Under the pieces are notes generated by a model. It made no database searches. It was given only the letters and a program-made list of their open reading frames with translations, and was not told the origin of the DNA. Shown one piece after another: positions 30,260-40,653 of a stretch of 64,000 nucleotides of DNA. A program made the translations under genes and the position numbers. Every line of letters starts with the position of its first letter. Positions within the stretch are counted from its first letter, which is position 1. The DNA is from Flavobacteriaceae bacterium (lineage in GTDB: Bacteria > Bacteroidota > Bacteroidia > Flavobacteriales > Flavobacteriaceae). The stretch is from NCBI GenBank assembly GCA_049890035.1, contig JBMHCG010000033.1, positions 13,536-77,535 of the forward strand, given 5' to 3'.

Positions 30260-30973
30260 TTGAAGAAATCAGTTTTCGTGAAACAAGAATTTTATGTCTA
30301 CGGAATGACCTGTGCGAATTGTCAGAAAAGCGTCCAGCAAAAGCTGGGTTCTTCACCTTTGGTTCGTAGTGTAGCCGTGGACTTAGAATCAGGAAAAGTG
30401 GAATTAATGGGTTCCGAACCCCTGGACAAAATCCAATTGGAAAAGATTTTGGGTCCAAAGTATACTGTGGATACATTAGTATTTTCAAGTTCCCAAAATA
30501 AGCTAAAACAATTGTACCCTTTGTTTTTGATCTTATCCTATGTTGTTTTGGGGTCCCTGTTTTTGATTAGAGAAAACCCTTCCCCCCAAAATTTCATGTA
30601 CCACTATATGGGTTTGTTTTTTGTTGTCTTTAGCTTCTTCAAATTTCTTGATTATCAAGGGTTCCCCCATTCTTTTGCGCAATATGATCCTTTAGCCAAG
30701 AGAAGCCAATTGTATGCTTATCTCTATCCTTTTTTAGAGACCTTGTTGGGGATCGCTTTTTTGTTTCAATATCAATTGAGAGCGGCCCTGTGGGGTACCT
30801 TGATTCTTCTTTCCATTACGACCATTGGTGTGGTTCGTAGTTTGGTCAATCAGCGTCATATAGCATGCGCCTGTTTGGGAACTGTTTTAAAATTGCCAAT
30901 GACTGAGGCTACTCTGATCGAAAACAGCATTATGTTGATCATGTCGATCAGTATGTTGCTGTACGGTTTCTAA
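30260..30973 (+). CDS. Heavy-metal-associated (HMA) domain fused to a MauE/DoxX-like membrane domain
   Basis: GMTCANCQ metal-binding motif at the N-terminus, then four TM helices with a CACLG motif. There is no ATG upstream of the HMA motif, so the start must be TTG (30260) or GTG (30278). Confidence 0.65.
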   Translation: MKKSVFVKQEFYVYGMTCANCQKSVQQKLGSSPLVRSVAVDLESGKVELMGSEPLDKIQLEKILGPKYTVDTLVFSSSQNKLKQLYPLFLILSYVVLGSLFLIRENPSPQNFMYHYMGLFFVVFSFFKFLDYQGFPHSFAQYDPLAKRSQLYAYLYPFLETLLGIAFLFQYQLRAALWGTLILLSITTIGVVRSLVNQRHIACACLGTVLKLPMTEATLIENSIMLIMSISMLLYGF

Positions 30974-31399
30974 CTATCGGAGAAATAAAGTATGCTTGGT
31001 CACACCCTTTACTTCAAAAGCACTTTGAGAAAAGGAAGGGGGGCCCATAACACCGATGACGTTATTTGAAAAACCATATTTTTCTTTGGGAAGACCCACC
31101 CATGTTTTGTCCAATCGTTGGTTGTTGTTTGCATCGTGGTAAGCCTTTATAGCGTACTTGCCTTCGGGCAGACTGTCAAAAATGACTTTTAGCTTGTTAG
31201 CCCGTACAGGTGTTTTTTGAAAGAAGTGGCTTTGTATGGAATTGTTATCAAAATCATTTTGATTATCAAAAATACTTAGAAAAAAAGTCCCTGCAAGCTG
31301 TTCAATATTTTCCACTTCTATTTCCAGTCTGTGTTGTGCAAAGGTATGTGCAGTGCTTATGCTAATCCATAGCAAAAACAAACGGCAGTGTAATCCCAT
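30974..31399 (-). CDS. Secreted DUF2141-like protein
   Basis: YHDANNNQRLDKTWVGLPKEKYGFSNN is as I remember for DUF2141. ATG at 31399 gives a signal peptide; the track start at 31435 lies inside the groEL terminator hairpin. Confidence 0.6.
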   Translation of the reverse strand: MGLHCRLFLLWISISTAHTFAQHRLEIEVENIEQLAGTFFLSIFDNQNDFDNNSIQSHFFQKTPVRANKLKVIFDSLPEGKYAIKAYHDANNNQRLDKTWVGLPKEKYGFSNNVIGVMGPPSFSQSAFEVKGVTKHTLFLR

Positions 31400-31413
31400 G
31401 GCAATTTTTAAGT

Positions 31414-31448
31414 AAAAATAAAAAAACCTGCTCATTGAGCAGGTTTTT
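31414..31448 (-). terminator. Rho-independent terminator of groES-groEL
   Basis: 12-bp perfect stem AAAAACCTGCTC / GAGCAGGTTTTT (31422-31433 / 31437-31448) with a 3-nt loop and a T-rich tail on the minus strand. Confidence 0.7.
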
Positions 31449-31470
31449 AAAACACCATTAAGGAGCTAAA

Positions 31471-33105
31471 TTACATCATACCCGGCATTCCACCACCGCC
31501 ACCCATAGGAGGCATAGGAGGGGTTTCTTCCTTGATATCTACCAAAGCACATTCTGTGGTAAGAATCATTCCCGCTACAGAAGCAGCGTTTTCAAGAGCC
31601 ACTCGGGTTACCTTTTTGGGATCAATGATACCTGCTTTCAGCATGTCGACGTAAGTTCCGTCTTTTGCATTGTACCCGTGATTGGTTTTTCCTTCCAAGA
31701 CTTTGGAAACGACGACAGAACCTTCCCCACCAGAGTTTTCAACGATGGTACGCAAGGGTGATTCAATGGCTTTGTCAATAATTTGAACGCCAGTTTGTTC
31801 GTCTGGTGTGTCTGCTTTGAGTGATTCTAGAGCTTTCTTGGCATTGAGTAAAGCAACACCACCCCCAGCAACGATTCCCTCTTCGATGGCTGCACGTGTT
31901 GCATGGAGGGCGTCGTCAACGCGATCTTTTTTCTCTTTCATTTCAACTTCCGAAGGGGCCCCTACATAAAGTACTGCCACTCCACCAGCTAATTTGGCTA
32001 ATCTTTCCTGAAGCTTTTCTTTGTCATAATCAGAAGTCGACGCTTCAATCTGAGATTTGATTTGTCCTACCCGTGCTTCGATAGCTGAAGCTTCTCCAGT
32101 TCCATTGACGACGGTTGTATTGTCCTTATCAATAGTTACTTTTTCAGCCGTACCCAACATGTCTATGGTTACATTTTCCAATGTAAATCCACGCTCTTCG
32201 GAAATTACAGTTCCACCCGTCAAGATGGCGATATCCTCCAACATGGCTTTTCTTCGGTCACCAAATCCAGGTGCTTTTACAGCAGCTATTTTAAGTGAGC
32301 CCCGAAGTTTGTTAACTACTAATGTAGCCAGTGCTTCTCCATCTACGTCTTCTGCAATAATGAGCAACGGCTTGCCAGACTGAGCAACGGGTTCCAATAC
32401 AGGAAGCAAATCCTTCATGACCGATATTTTTTTGTCGTACAACAAAATGTAAGGAGCTTCTAAATCGGCTTCCATTTTTTCAGAATTGGTCACAAAGTAG
32501 GGTGATAAATAGCCTCTGTCAAATTGCATTCCTTCAACAACATCTACATAAGTGTCGGTTCCTTTGGCTTCTTCTACAGTAATGACTCCTTCTTTACCCA
32601 CTTTTTCAAAAGCTTCTGTTATCAAACCACCAATGGTATTGTCATTGTTGGCAGAAATACTGGCTACTTGATGTATTTTTTCAGATGAATTACCTATTTC
32701 TTCTGATTGATCACCAAGGTTACTCACAATACTTTCTACTGCTTTATCGATCCCTCTTTTAAGATCCAAAGGATTGGCACCGGCTGCTACGTTTTTGAGT
32801 CCATCTCGAACAATGGCTTGCGCTAGAATAGTCGCAGTTGTAGTTCCATCTCCGGCAAGGTCATTGGTTTTAGAAGCAACTTCTTTGACCATTTGAGCCC
32901 CCATATTTTCTAGGGTATCTTCCAATTCAATTTCTTTTGCAACACTGACTCCATCTTTGGTGACCTGGGGTGCGCCAAAAGATTTTCCAATGATTACATT
33001 TCTCCCTTTCGGACCTAAGGTTACTTTGACAGCATTGGCTAGGGCATCTACTCCGCGTTTGATGCCGTCCCGTGCTTCGATGTCAAATTCTATCTTCTTT
33101 GCCAT
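31471..33105 (-). CDS. groL: Chaperonin GroEL
   Basis: 544 aa. [12 protein letters not shown]..., the [13 protein letters not shown] motif and the C-terminal GGGGMPGMM tail. Confidence 0.98.
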   Translation of the reverse strand: MAKKIEFDIEARDGIKRGVDALANAVKVTLGPKGRNVIIGKSFGAPQVTKDGVSVAKEIELEDTLENMGAQMVKEVASKTNDLAGDGTTTATILAQAIVRDGLKNVAAGANPLDLKRGIDKAVESIVSNLGDQSEEIGNSSEKIHQVASISANNDNTIGGLITEAFEKVGKEGVITVEEAKGTDTYVDVVEGMQFDRGYLSPYFVTNSEKMEADLEAPYILLYDKKISVMKDLLPVLEPVAQSGKPLLIIAEDVDGEALATLVVNKLRGSLKIAAVKAPGFGDRRKAMLEDIAILTGGTVISEERGFTLENVTIDMLGTAEKVTIDKDNTTVVNGTGEASAIEARVGQIKSQIEASTSDYDKEKLQERLAKLAGGVAVLYVGAPSEVEMKEKKDRVDDALHATRAAIEEGIVAGGGVALLNAKKALESLKADTPDEQTGVQIIDKAIESPLRTIVENSGGEGSVVVSKVLEGKTNHGYNAKDGTYVDMLKAGIIDPKKVTRVALENAASVAGMILTTECALVDIKEETPPMPPMGGGGGMPGMM

Positions 33106-33123
33106 AATTATCTATTTTTTGAA

Positions 33124-33393
33124 TTATACAATTGCGAGCAAGTCGCTTTCTTTCATGATTAAATAATTTTTTCCCTCGTGTTGTAGCTCGGTACCTGCAT
33201 ATTTACCATACAATACGTTATCGCCAACGCTGACAGTAATAGGGTTTTCTTGGGTACCAGGCCCTACAGCTACGATCGAACCTTTTTGGGGTTTTTCTTT
33301 TGCTGTATCGGGAATAATGATTCCAGAGGAAGTTGTTGTTTCTGCTGCCGCTGGCTCTACCAGTACTCGGTCAGCTAGGGGTTTGATATTCAT
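33124..33393 (-). CDS. groS: Co-chaperonin GroES
   Basis: 89 aa beginning [14 protein letters not shown]..., upstream of groEL. Confidence 0.97.
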   Translation of the reverse strand: MNIKPLADRVLVEPAAAETTTSSGIIIPDTAKEKPQKGSIVAVGPGTQENPITVSVGDNVLYGKYAGTELQHEGKNYLIMKESDLLAIV

Positions 33394-33464
33394 AAAAGTG
33401 TTTTTTAAATTTTGAGTTCAATAGGCACAAACTATGCCACACCCTTGTGGGGGTGTCAAGGGTT

Positions 33465-33497
33465 GAAAAAAATGCCAGAGTGTCAGTTGTCTGGCAT
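33465..33497 (-). terminator. Rho-independent terminator after secG
   Basis: 8-bp stem ATGCCAGA / TCTGGCAT (33472-33479 / 33490-33497) with a 10-nt loop, followed on the minus strand by T7 (the plus-strand A-run at 33466-33472). Confidence 0.6.
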
Positions 33498-33507
33498 GCA
33501 TCACTAT

Positions 33508-33846
33508 CTAATTGTTTGTTTCGGGTTCTTCAGGAATAGCCTCTGGGAGTGCTTGTGGAATGCTTTGCTCGACAGCTCCGTCTTGGATAAGCCGTGAATC
33601 TGACGCACGCTGTCCACCGGGCAGTGCCATGCTTGACAATAGTATGAGGATCATTAATAAGGTAGCCAGTACCCATGTGCTACGGTCTAAAAAGTCAGTT
33701 GTTTTTTGGACACCTCCCATTTGTTGTCCCCCGCCACCGAAAGAAGAGGAAAGCCCCCCCCCTTTGGGGTTTTGAACCATTACCACGAGAATCAATAAAA
33801 AACATACGACTATGATCAGAGCGATAAAAATGGAAAACGTACTCAT
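33508..33846 (-). CDS. secG: Preprotein translocase subunit SecG
   Basis: 112 aa with an N-terminal TM, a NPKGGGLSSSFGGGG loop and a second TM. Confidence 0.8.
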   Translation of the reverse strand: MSTFSIFIALIIVVCFLLILVVMVQNPKGGGLSSSFGGGGQQMGGVQKTTDFLDRSTWVLATLLMILILLSSMALPGGQRASDSRLIQDGAVEQSIPQALPEAIPEEPETNN

Positions 33847-33852
33847 AATAAA

Positions 33853-34623
33853 TTATTGTTTGGCTTGCTGTAAGCGTTTGATTTCTTTAATCTGGCTTGC
33901 AAAGAAAGTGTTTTTTTCTGGATATTTCAAGCTGAGTATTTTGTAGGCTTGGAGGGCTTTGCTGTACTTGTGCTGTTGCATCAAAATTTTTGCCAGTGTT
34001 TCTGTCATCAATTCCTCTTTTGGAAGTTGTTGTTGGCTTGCAAGATCCGTTAGGGGAGCAATGGTGCTGGGGTTATTTATTTTTGGATTGTTTTCAATAA
34101 AAGCATCTATCAATTCCCATTTATTTTCTGCTGCATCCTTTTTTTGTTCCTGATTTTTGCTGATTTTTAGGTCTTTTTGGGGCATATTTGGGGCTCCGTT
34201 GCTGTGATCAAGCCAATCTAAAAACGATCGCATGCTGGGATTGTCAGTTGCTGTTTTTGTAGTGGGTTTTCTCTTTTTTCTCGTATTGGAACTTTTTGTC
34301 TGTAACGCTTTTTTTCGGAATGATTTTTTTGAACGGGATGCGGTGGTTTTCTCTTTGGCTGGGGTTTTGATGGACTCTTTTTCTCCTTTGTTTTCAATTT
34401 CGAGCCAATCTTTAAAAGCAGCCCGATTGAAAGCATGTATAGCGGCTTGTTCGGTGATTCGTTCCGCATCTATTTTCTTTTGGGCTTGCGCAGCTTTTGC
34501 CAAATAAGCCCATGGGGTTGGGAAAAAAGGATAATTCTGGGTCCATTCTTCCAATAGAGTGAGTTGTTCCTTGCTTAGGGGATCAAATGTTTCAATTAAT
34601 TTCTCAAAACGGTCCGCTACCAT
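33853..34623 (-). CDS. Hypothetical protein with a Lys/Thr-rich low-complexity centre and a TPR-like C-terminus
   Basis: 256-aa ORF with the C-terminal segment ALQAYKILSLKYPEKNTFFASQIKEIKRLQ. No family recognised. Confidence 0.45.
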   Translation of the reverse strand: MVADRFEKLIETFDPLSKEQLTLLEEWTQNYPFFPTPWAYLAKAAQAQKKIDAERITEQAAIHAFNRAAFKDWLEIENKGEKESIKTPAKEKTTASRSKKSFRKKALQTKSSNTRKKRKPTTKTATDNPSMRSFLDWLDHSNGAPNMPQKDLKISKNQEQKKDAAENKWELIDAFIENNPKINNPSTIAPLTDLASQQQLPKEELMTETLAKILMQQHKYSKALQAYKILSLKYPEKNTFFASQIKEIKRLQQAKQ

Positions 34624-35156
34624 TTGGCCAATGTATCGTTAAATATATCCTGAGTAATCCGATCAAAAATATCTTTTAAAGCGGCATCACGGACATCGTA
34701 GACTTGCAAATCAGCTGGAAAGTCATAAAAAAAAGAATAACTTTTTTCCATATCATCCTCCTCGTTTTTGGTATTGAAATAGCGAAGTTTCACAGACATT
34801 TTCAGACGGTTTTGTGCCGCTTTTATGTCAGCCGTAGCGGCCATAGGAGTTACACTATACTCTGTAATTTCACCTTCATAAATAAGGTCGCCCCCAGAAT
34901 TCACTAGTGATAAATTGGTTTGATTCAATAGCAAGTCTTGTAAGGCAATGGTAAAGTCGCGGTCCAATCCCGGTTCAACCGTTGAGCCCGGTCGATTTCC
35001 TGCCTGGTTTTCAAAATAGTTGACCTGGAATGTTTCCGTCCCGGGCGGAATCGAAGCCCCAGTGAAAGAGTAGATACCACAACTACACGGCAAAAAACTC
35101 AAGAAAAGCACAACCAGTACTCTATGACGGCTACCATATTTATTCTTCATCTTCAT
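34617..35156 (-). CDS. Lipoprotein, LptE-like (tentative)
   Basis: 179 aa with the lipobox-like signal LFLSFLPCSCG. Its position between the sigma54 activator and secG matches the synteny I remember for LptE-family genes. Confidence 0.45.
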   Translation of the reverse strand: MKMKNKYGSRHRVLVVLFLSFLPCSCGIYSFTGASIPPGTETFQVNYFENQAGNRPGSTVEPGLDRDFTIALQDLLLNQTNLSLVNSGGDLIYEGEITEYSVTPMAATADIKAAQNRLKMSVKLRYFNTKNEEDDMEKSYSFFYDFPADLQVYDVRDAALKDIFDRITQDIFNDTLAKW

Positions 35157-36408
35157 TCAAATCGAATTGTTTGATTTTTCGATATAAAGTTCGTTCAGAA
35201 ATGCCAAGTTCTTCCGCTGCTTTTTTTCTTCGACCATTACTACGCTGTAGGGCTCTACGAATCATTTCTACTTCCTTTTCCTGTAAAGATAGCGGCTCTT
35301 CTTCTTCAATGGTTTCAACGAATTGGTATTTGTCATCAGCTTGTTTTGCATGCGTTGCCTCGATTTCTGGTGTGGCAACAGGCAGGGCTTCAAAACTCTC
35401 GGAAGATTCTTTTTGATTTGTAGTACCAAAGATTTTATTGATCAAAGTTTCGTTTTTTTCTTTGAATTGAGGTTGGTCTTCGGCTTCCAACAAATCCTGT
35501 GTGAGTTGTTTCAAGTCATTGATGTCCGATTTCATATCAAAGAGTACTTTATACAAAATCTCACGTTCAGAAGAAAAATCACTTTTTGCTTTTTCTGTTT
35601 CTATCAATGCGGGTAGCTGAGCTTTGTCACTTGGAAGATAATTTCGCAGCTTTTCAGGGTCTATCATTCGCTCTTTTTCCAAGACGGACATCTGTTCAGC
35701 AACGTTGCGCAATTGACGAATATTACCACTCCATCGGTGCTGACTGAGTAATTGCTGTGCGCTTTCATCCAATCGAAGTGCTGGCATTCGATATTTTTCA
35801 GCAAAATCCGCCGCAAACTTTCGAAATAGTAGATGTATGTCTTCTTTGCGATCTCTGAGTGGGGGGATATGAATTTCTACTGTACTTAATCGATAGTATA
35901 AGTCTTCACGGAATTTATTTTTTTGTATGGCTTCGTGCATTTTAACGTTGGTGGCAGCAACGATTCGGACATTGGTTTTCTGCACTTTCGATGAACCTAC
36001 TTTAAAAAATTCCCCGTTTTCCAGGACGCGTAGTAACCGTACTTGGGTAGGGAGGGGGAGTTCCCCAACTTCATCTAGAAAAATGGTACCGCCGTCAGCT
36101 TCTTCAAAATAGCCACTTCGGGTACTGGTAGCTCCCGTAAATGCCCCTTTTTCATGTCCAAAAAGTTCACTGTCAATGGTTCCTTCAGGAATGGCACCAC
36201 AATTCACAGCAATATATTTAGCATGTTTGCGCGCCGAATATTGATGAATAATCTTCGGGATGTTTTCTTTTCCAACACCACTCTCTCCTGTTACTAAAAC
36301 AGATATTTCTGTGGCTGCTACACGGAGTGCTTTTTCCAGAGCACGATTGAGACCTGGATGATTCCCGATGATTCCAAAACGTTGTTTTACTTGTTGAATG
36401 TTATCCAT
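35140..36408 (-). CDS. Sigma-54-dependent transcriptional activator (AAA+ and Fis-type HTH, no sensor/receiver domain)
   Basis: Walker A GESGVGKE, the sigma54-contact loop GAFTGA and the C-terminal [22 protein letters not shown]. The AAA+ domain begins within about 10 residues of the N-terminus. Confidence 0.85.
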   Translation of the reverse strand: MDNIQQVKQRFGIIGNHPGLNRALEKALRVAATEISVLVTGESGVGKENIPKIIHQYSARKHAKYIAVNCGAIPEGTIDSELFGHEKGAFTGATSTRSGYFEEADGGTIFLDEVGELPLPTQVRLLRVLENGEFFKVGSSKVQKTNVRIVAATNVKMHEAIQKNKFREDLYYRLSTVEIHIPPLRDRKEDIHLLFRKFAADFAEKYRMPALRLDESAQQLLSQHRWSGNIRQLRNVAEQMSVLEKERMIDPEKLRNYLPSDKAQLPALIETEKAKSDFSSEREILYKVLFDMKSDINDLKQLTQDLLEAEDQPQFKEKNETLINKIFGTTNQKESSESFEALPVATPEIEATHAKQADDKYQFVETIEEEEPLSLQEKEVEMIRRALQRSNGRRKKAAEELGISERTLYRKIKQFDLNEDEE

Positions 36409-36420
36409 GATTTGAGGAGT

Positions 36421-37932
36421 CTATATTCTATCCGAATGCCCTTGAGCCGTTCCAATCAGAGTGGTAGCTGTAGCCGAATCGACAGTTACTTCGACAAAGT
36501 CACCTACCTGATAATTTTCTTTTGGAAAAACAACAACAGTATTTTGAGTGGTTCGTCCACTCCAGTGTGTATCTGATTTTTTTGAGGATTTTTCAATCAG
36601 AACACAAACCGTCTTACCTATATAACGTTGGGTGCAAATCTTACTGTGTTGCTGTTGCAAAGCAATGATTTCGTTGAGGCGTCTTTTTTTTACGTCTTCT
36701 GGTATGTCGTCTACAATCTTCCGGGCCGCTAAGGTCCCCGGTCTCTCGGAATAAGCAAACATAAATCCAAAGTCGTATTGGACAAACCGCATTAGGTCTA
36801 ATGTATCTTGATGGTCTTCCTCTGTTTCGGTGGGAAAACCAGCTATCATATCATGCGACAAACCACATTCGGGCAGAATGGAACGAATGTTTCGGATGAG
36901 TTCAAAATAGTCTTCTCGTGTGTGCAATCGATTCATTTTTTGAAGGATGCGGTTGCTACCCGATTGAACGGGCAGGTGGATGTAGTTGCAAATGTTATCA
37001 TACTTCGCCATGGTATGCAACACCTCAAGTGACATGTCCTGGGGATTGGAAGTAGAAAAACGAATGCGCATATGCGGTTGCGCCTCCGCTACCAGTTGCA
37101 ATAATTTTGAAAAATCAACTGCTGTTTTTTGTTGGAGTGGACTTGCCTTTTTAAAGTCTTTTTTCAGCCCTCCGCCGTACCATAAATAGCTATCAACGTT
37201 CTGGCCTAACAGTGTAATTTCTTTGAAGCCCTGTTCTGCTAAAGTCGCAATTTCTTGCAATATACTTTTGGGATCTCGGCTCCGTTCGCGGCCTCGTGTA
37301 AATGGGACAACACAAAAGGTGCACATATTGTCACAACCTCTTGTGATGGTTACAAAAGCACTCACTCCATTCGAAGACAAGCGAATCGGTGCAATATCTC
37401 CATAGGTTTCTTCTTTGGAAAGTAACACATTAACTGCTTCTCTGTTGGCCTCTGCTTCTTTTAAAAGATGGGGTAAGTCTTTGTAGGCGTCTGGCCCCAC
37501 AACCAGATCAACAATTTTTTCTTCTTCGAGGAATTTGTGTTTAAGGCGTTCTGCCATACAACCCAAAACACCAACTTTGACACCTTTATTATTTTTTTTT
37601 ATGTGCTGAAAATGAGACAATCGATTTCGTACTGTTTGTTCTGCCTTTTCACGTATTGAGCAAGTATTGACCAAAATCAAATCGGCCTTGTCAAGGCTTT
37701 CTGTGGTTTGATACCCTTCTTTTTTAAGTATGGAAGCAACAACCTCGCTATCAGAAAAATTCATTTGACACCCATACGATTCGATGTACAAATTTTTGAC
37801 CCCTTGATTGGAGGGATTGTCTGGCAAGACTTCGCCATTGAATGCATTCGGGTCTTTTGGAAGGGTATTCGATTGGCTTGGATCCAAATAGTCTTCTGAT
37901 ACAAATAAATGGGCTTTGCTTTTTGTTGTCAT
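36421..37932 (-). CDS. miaB: tRNA-i6A37 methylthiotransferase MiaB
   Basis: UPF0004 N-domain ([10 protein letters not shown]), radical-SAM [11 protein letters not shown] motif and a TRAM C-terminus. Confidence 0.9.
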   Translation of the reverse strand: MTTKSKAHLFVSEDYLDPSQSNTLPKDPNAFNGEVLPDNPSNQGVKNLYIESYGCQMNFSDSEVVASILKKEGYQTTESLDKADLILVNTCSIREKAEQTVRNRLSHFQHIKKNNKGVKVGVLGCMAERLKHKFLEEEKIVDLVVGPDAYKDLPHLLKEAEANREAVNVLLSKEETYGDIAPIRLSSNGVSAFVTITRGCDNMCTFCVVPFTRGRERSRDPKSILQEIATLAEQGFKEITLLGQNVDSYLWYGGGLKKDFKKASPLQQKTAVDFSKLLQLVAEAQPHMRIRFSTSNPQDMSLEVLHTMAKYDNICNYIHLPVQSGSNRILQKMNRLHTREDYFELIRNIRSILPECGLSHDMIAGFPTETEEDHQDTLDLMRFVQYDFGFMFAYSERPGTLAARKIVDDIPEDVKKRRLNEIIALQQQHSKICTQRYIGKTVCVLIEKSSKKSDTHWSGRTTQNTVVVFPKENYQVGDFVEVTVDSATATTLIGTAQGHSDRI

Positions 37933-38178
37933 TTTTTACGATTGATCTTTCGCAATAGCATTTTCAACTAACAAAATTACATAAAGTATCCAAACACTGA
38001 AAATTTGTCAGGTGTTATGGCAGTTACAACCACTAATTTTTTAAACTGCCATTGCATTAAAATTGGAATCGTAAATGCATTTATAGGACAAATAAATTGA
38101 TCTATTGGTTCAGCGTTTTTATTTTGGAAAACACGTACTAAAAAAAACTAGCTACTTTTACAACGAAAAAAAGAGTGT

Positions 38179-40653
38179 ATGGCCAAGAATCTTGTCATCG
38201 TTGAGTCTCCTGCCAAAGCAAAGACAATTGAAAAATATTTGGGTAAAAATTATAAAGTTGTCTCCAGTTACGGACACATTTCTGATTTACCCTCCAATGA
38301 ATTGGGTGTTGATGTAGAGAAAGGATTTGCCCCCAAGTACATTGTATCTTCGGATAAGAAAAAAGTAGTAAATGAACTCAAATCCCACGCAAAAAAAGCT
38401 GAAACCGTCTGGTTGGCTAGTGATGAAGACCGAGAGGGGGAAGCAATAGCCTGGCATTTGGCTGAAAATTTAAAATTAAATCCTTCCCAAACCAAACGGA
38501 TTGTTTTTCACGAAATCACCAAAAATGCCATCCTTAAAGCGATTGATAATCCACGAACGATTGATTACAATCTTGTAAATGCACAACAGGCTCGTCGGGT
38601 ATTGGATCGATTGGTGGGGTACGAATTATCACCGGTATTGTGGCGCAAAGTCAAAGGTGGCCTATCGGCAGGTCGTGTCCAATCCGTGGCAGTTCGTTTG
38701 ATCGTAGAACGCGAACGGCAGATTCAAGATTTTCAACCCGAACAATCTTTCAAAACAGAAGCACGGTTCCTAACCCCCTCAGACAAATCCATTCGAGCCC
38801 AACTCGCCCGTGTTTTTTCCAATGCAGAAGAAACCGAAGCTTTCCTGAAAACAAATAGTCAGGCTACTTTTGAGGTCGCTTCAGTGGAAACCAAACCGGC
38901 TCAAAAACATCCAACAGCACCTTTTACTACTTCAACTTTACAGCAAGAGGCTTCAAGAAAATTGTATTTTTCTGTAAGTAAAACAATGACCTTAGCCCAA
39001 CGTTTGTATGAAGCGGGGCTGATAACCTACATGCGAACTGATAGTGTCAATTTATCTCAGGAAGCGTTGCAACAAGCGCAGCAGCAAATTGAGAAGCAAT
39101 TTGGTCCCGAGTATGTAAAAACCCGTGTATTTTCAACTAAAAATAAAGGCGCTCAGGAAGCGCACGAAGCCATCCGACCGACTGACTTATCTCGAACGCA
39201 AATAACTGCTGACGCGGATCAAGCCCGCTTGTACGACTTAATTTGGAAGCGAACCATTGCGTCCCAGATGAGTTCTGCTAAATTAGAACGAACCCAGTTA
39301 AAGATCCAATCAACAGCCCATCAGGAAGTCTTTCAAGCCAAAGGTGAGGTGCTCTTATTTGATGGCTTTCTCAAGGTATACCTAGAAGGCACAGACGATG
39401 AAGATGAAGAGGCGCAAGGTATTCTTCCTGCTGTTTCTGTTGGCGATATATTACAACTTAGTAGCATGCAAGCGATCCAACGTTTTTCAAGACCCCCCGC
39501 TCGTTATACGGAAGCGAGCCTGGTAAAAAAACTGGAAGAGTTGGGTATTGGACGCCCCTCTACCTACGCCCCCACAATATCCACTGTGCAAAGTAGAAAA
39601 TACGTTGAAAAAGGGACTGAAGAAGGGCAAAAGCGAAGCTATTTATTGATGACACTCAATAAAGATAGCGTTAGCAAGAAAGAACTTACAGAACATGTAG
39701 GGGCCAATAAAGGCAAGTTAATCCCGACGGATATTGGTGCAATAGTGAATGATTTTCTTGTCTCCAATTTTGAATCCATATTGGATTTTGGTTTCACGGC
39801 ACAGGTTGAACAGCGATTTGATGCCATCGCTGAAGGCAGTCAAGATTGGTCTCAGATGATTGAAGGATTTTATGAAAATTTCCATGAGACAGTCAATCAT
39901 GTAAAGGAAAATGCTCAGCGTGAATCTGGGGAGCGAGAGCTGGGTATCCATCCCGAATACCGGCGCCCAGTCAAAGTTCGCTTGGGTAAATATGGCCCCA
40001 TCGCTCAGATTGGCAACCCTGAGGACAATGATAAACCTATTTTTGCAAGTCTGGCACCAGGTCAGCAGTTAAGTTCCATTACCTTGGAACAAGCCCTAGA
40101 ATTATTTAAGCTACCCAAAGATTTAGGGGAATACGAGGGCGAGATAATAACGGTAAACAACGGTCGTTATGGGCCCTATGTCAAGTTGGGATCGTTGTTT
40201 GTTTCCCTTCCTAAAGACACCGCCCCAACGAGTGTTGACCGAGAGCAAGCCATTGCATTGATTGAAGAAAAGAAAAAGGCCGACGCTCCCATCGCGTTTT
40301 ATGAAGAGTTACCCGTTTCAAAAGGGGTAGGGCGGTTTGGTCCCTTTCTGAAATGGAATGGAATGTTTATCAATGTGAACAAGAAATACAATTTTGATGC
40401 ACTTTCCCAAGCAGATGTAAATACGTTAATTGAAGAAAAAATTCAAAAAGAAAAAGATAAAATTATTCACGTTTGGGAATCGGAAGGGATTCGAATTGAG
40501 AAAGCGCGTTGGGGACGCTCCAACATTATTAAAGGAAAACAAAAAGTAGAGCTTAGCAAGGATATTGACCCATCGAAAATTAGTCTTAAAGAGGCACTTG
40601 CCTACTTAGAAGCAGCAGCACCTAAAACAAAAAAAAAGAAGAAAACTAAATAA
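38179..40653 (+). CDS. topA: DNA topoisomerase I
   Basis: TOPRIM LVIVESPAKAKTIEKYLG, active-site region GLITYMRTDS and a Lys-rich C-terminal tail; 824 aa. Confidence 0.95.
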   Translation: MAKNLVIVESPAKAKTIEKYLGKNYKVVSSYGHISDLPSNELGVDVEKGFAPKYIVSSDKKKVVNELKSHAKKAETVWLASDEDREGEAIAWHLAENLKLNPSQTKRIVFHEITKNAILKAIDNPRTIDYNLVNAQQARRVLDRLVGYELSPVLWRKVKGGLSAGRVQSVAVRLIVERERQIQDFQPEQSFKTEARFLTPSDKSIRAQLARVFSNAEETEAFLKTNSQATFEVASVETKPAQKHPTAPFTTSTLQQEASRKLYFSVSKTMTLAQRLYEAGLITYMRTDSVNLSQEALQQAQQQIEKQFGPEYVKTRVFSTKNKGAQEAHEAIRPTDLSRTQITADADQARLYDLIWKRTIASQMSSAKLERTQLKIQSTAHQEVFQAKGEVLLFDGFLKVYLEGTDDEDEEAQGILPAVSVGDILQLSSMQAIQRFSRPPARYTEASLVKKLEELGIGRPSTYAPTISTVQSRKYVEKGTEEGQKRSYLLMTLNKDSVSKKELTEHVGANKGKLIPTDIGAIVNDFLVSNFESILDFGFTAQVEQRFDAIAEGSQDWSQMIEGFYENFHETVNHVKENAQRESGERELGIHPEYRRPVKVRLGKYGPIAQIGNPEDNDKPIFASLAPGQQLSSITLEQALELFKLPKDLGEYEGEIITVNNGRYGPYVKLGSLFVSLPKDTAPTSVDREQAIALIEEKKKADAPIAFYEELPVSKGVGRFGPFLKWNGMFINVNKKYNFDALSQADVNTLIEEKIQKEKDKIIHVWESEGIRIEKARWGRSNIIKGKQKVELSKDIDPSKISLKEALAYLEAAAPKTKKKKKTK

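Noticed and set aside
30195-30488. 97-aa minus-strand ORF opposite the HMA-MauE gene start.
   Set aside because: Antisense to the motif-bearing HMA domain, with Pro/Arg-rich junk composition.
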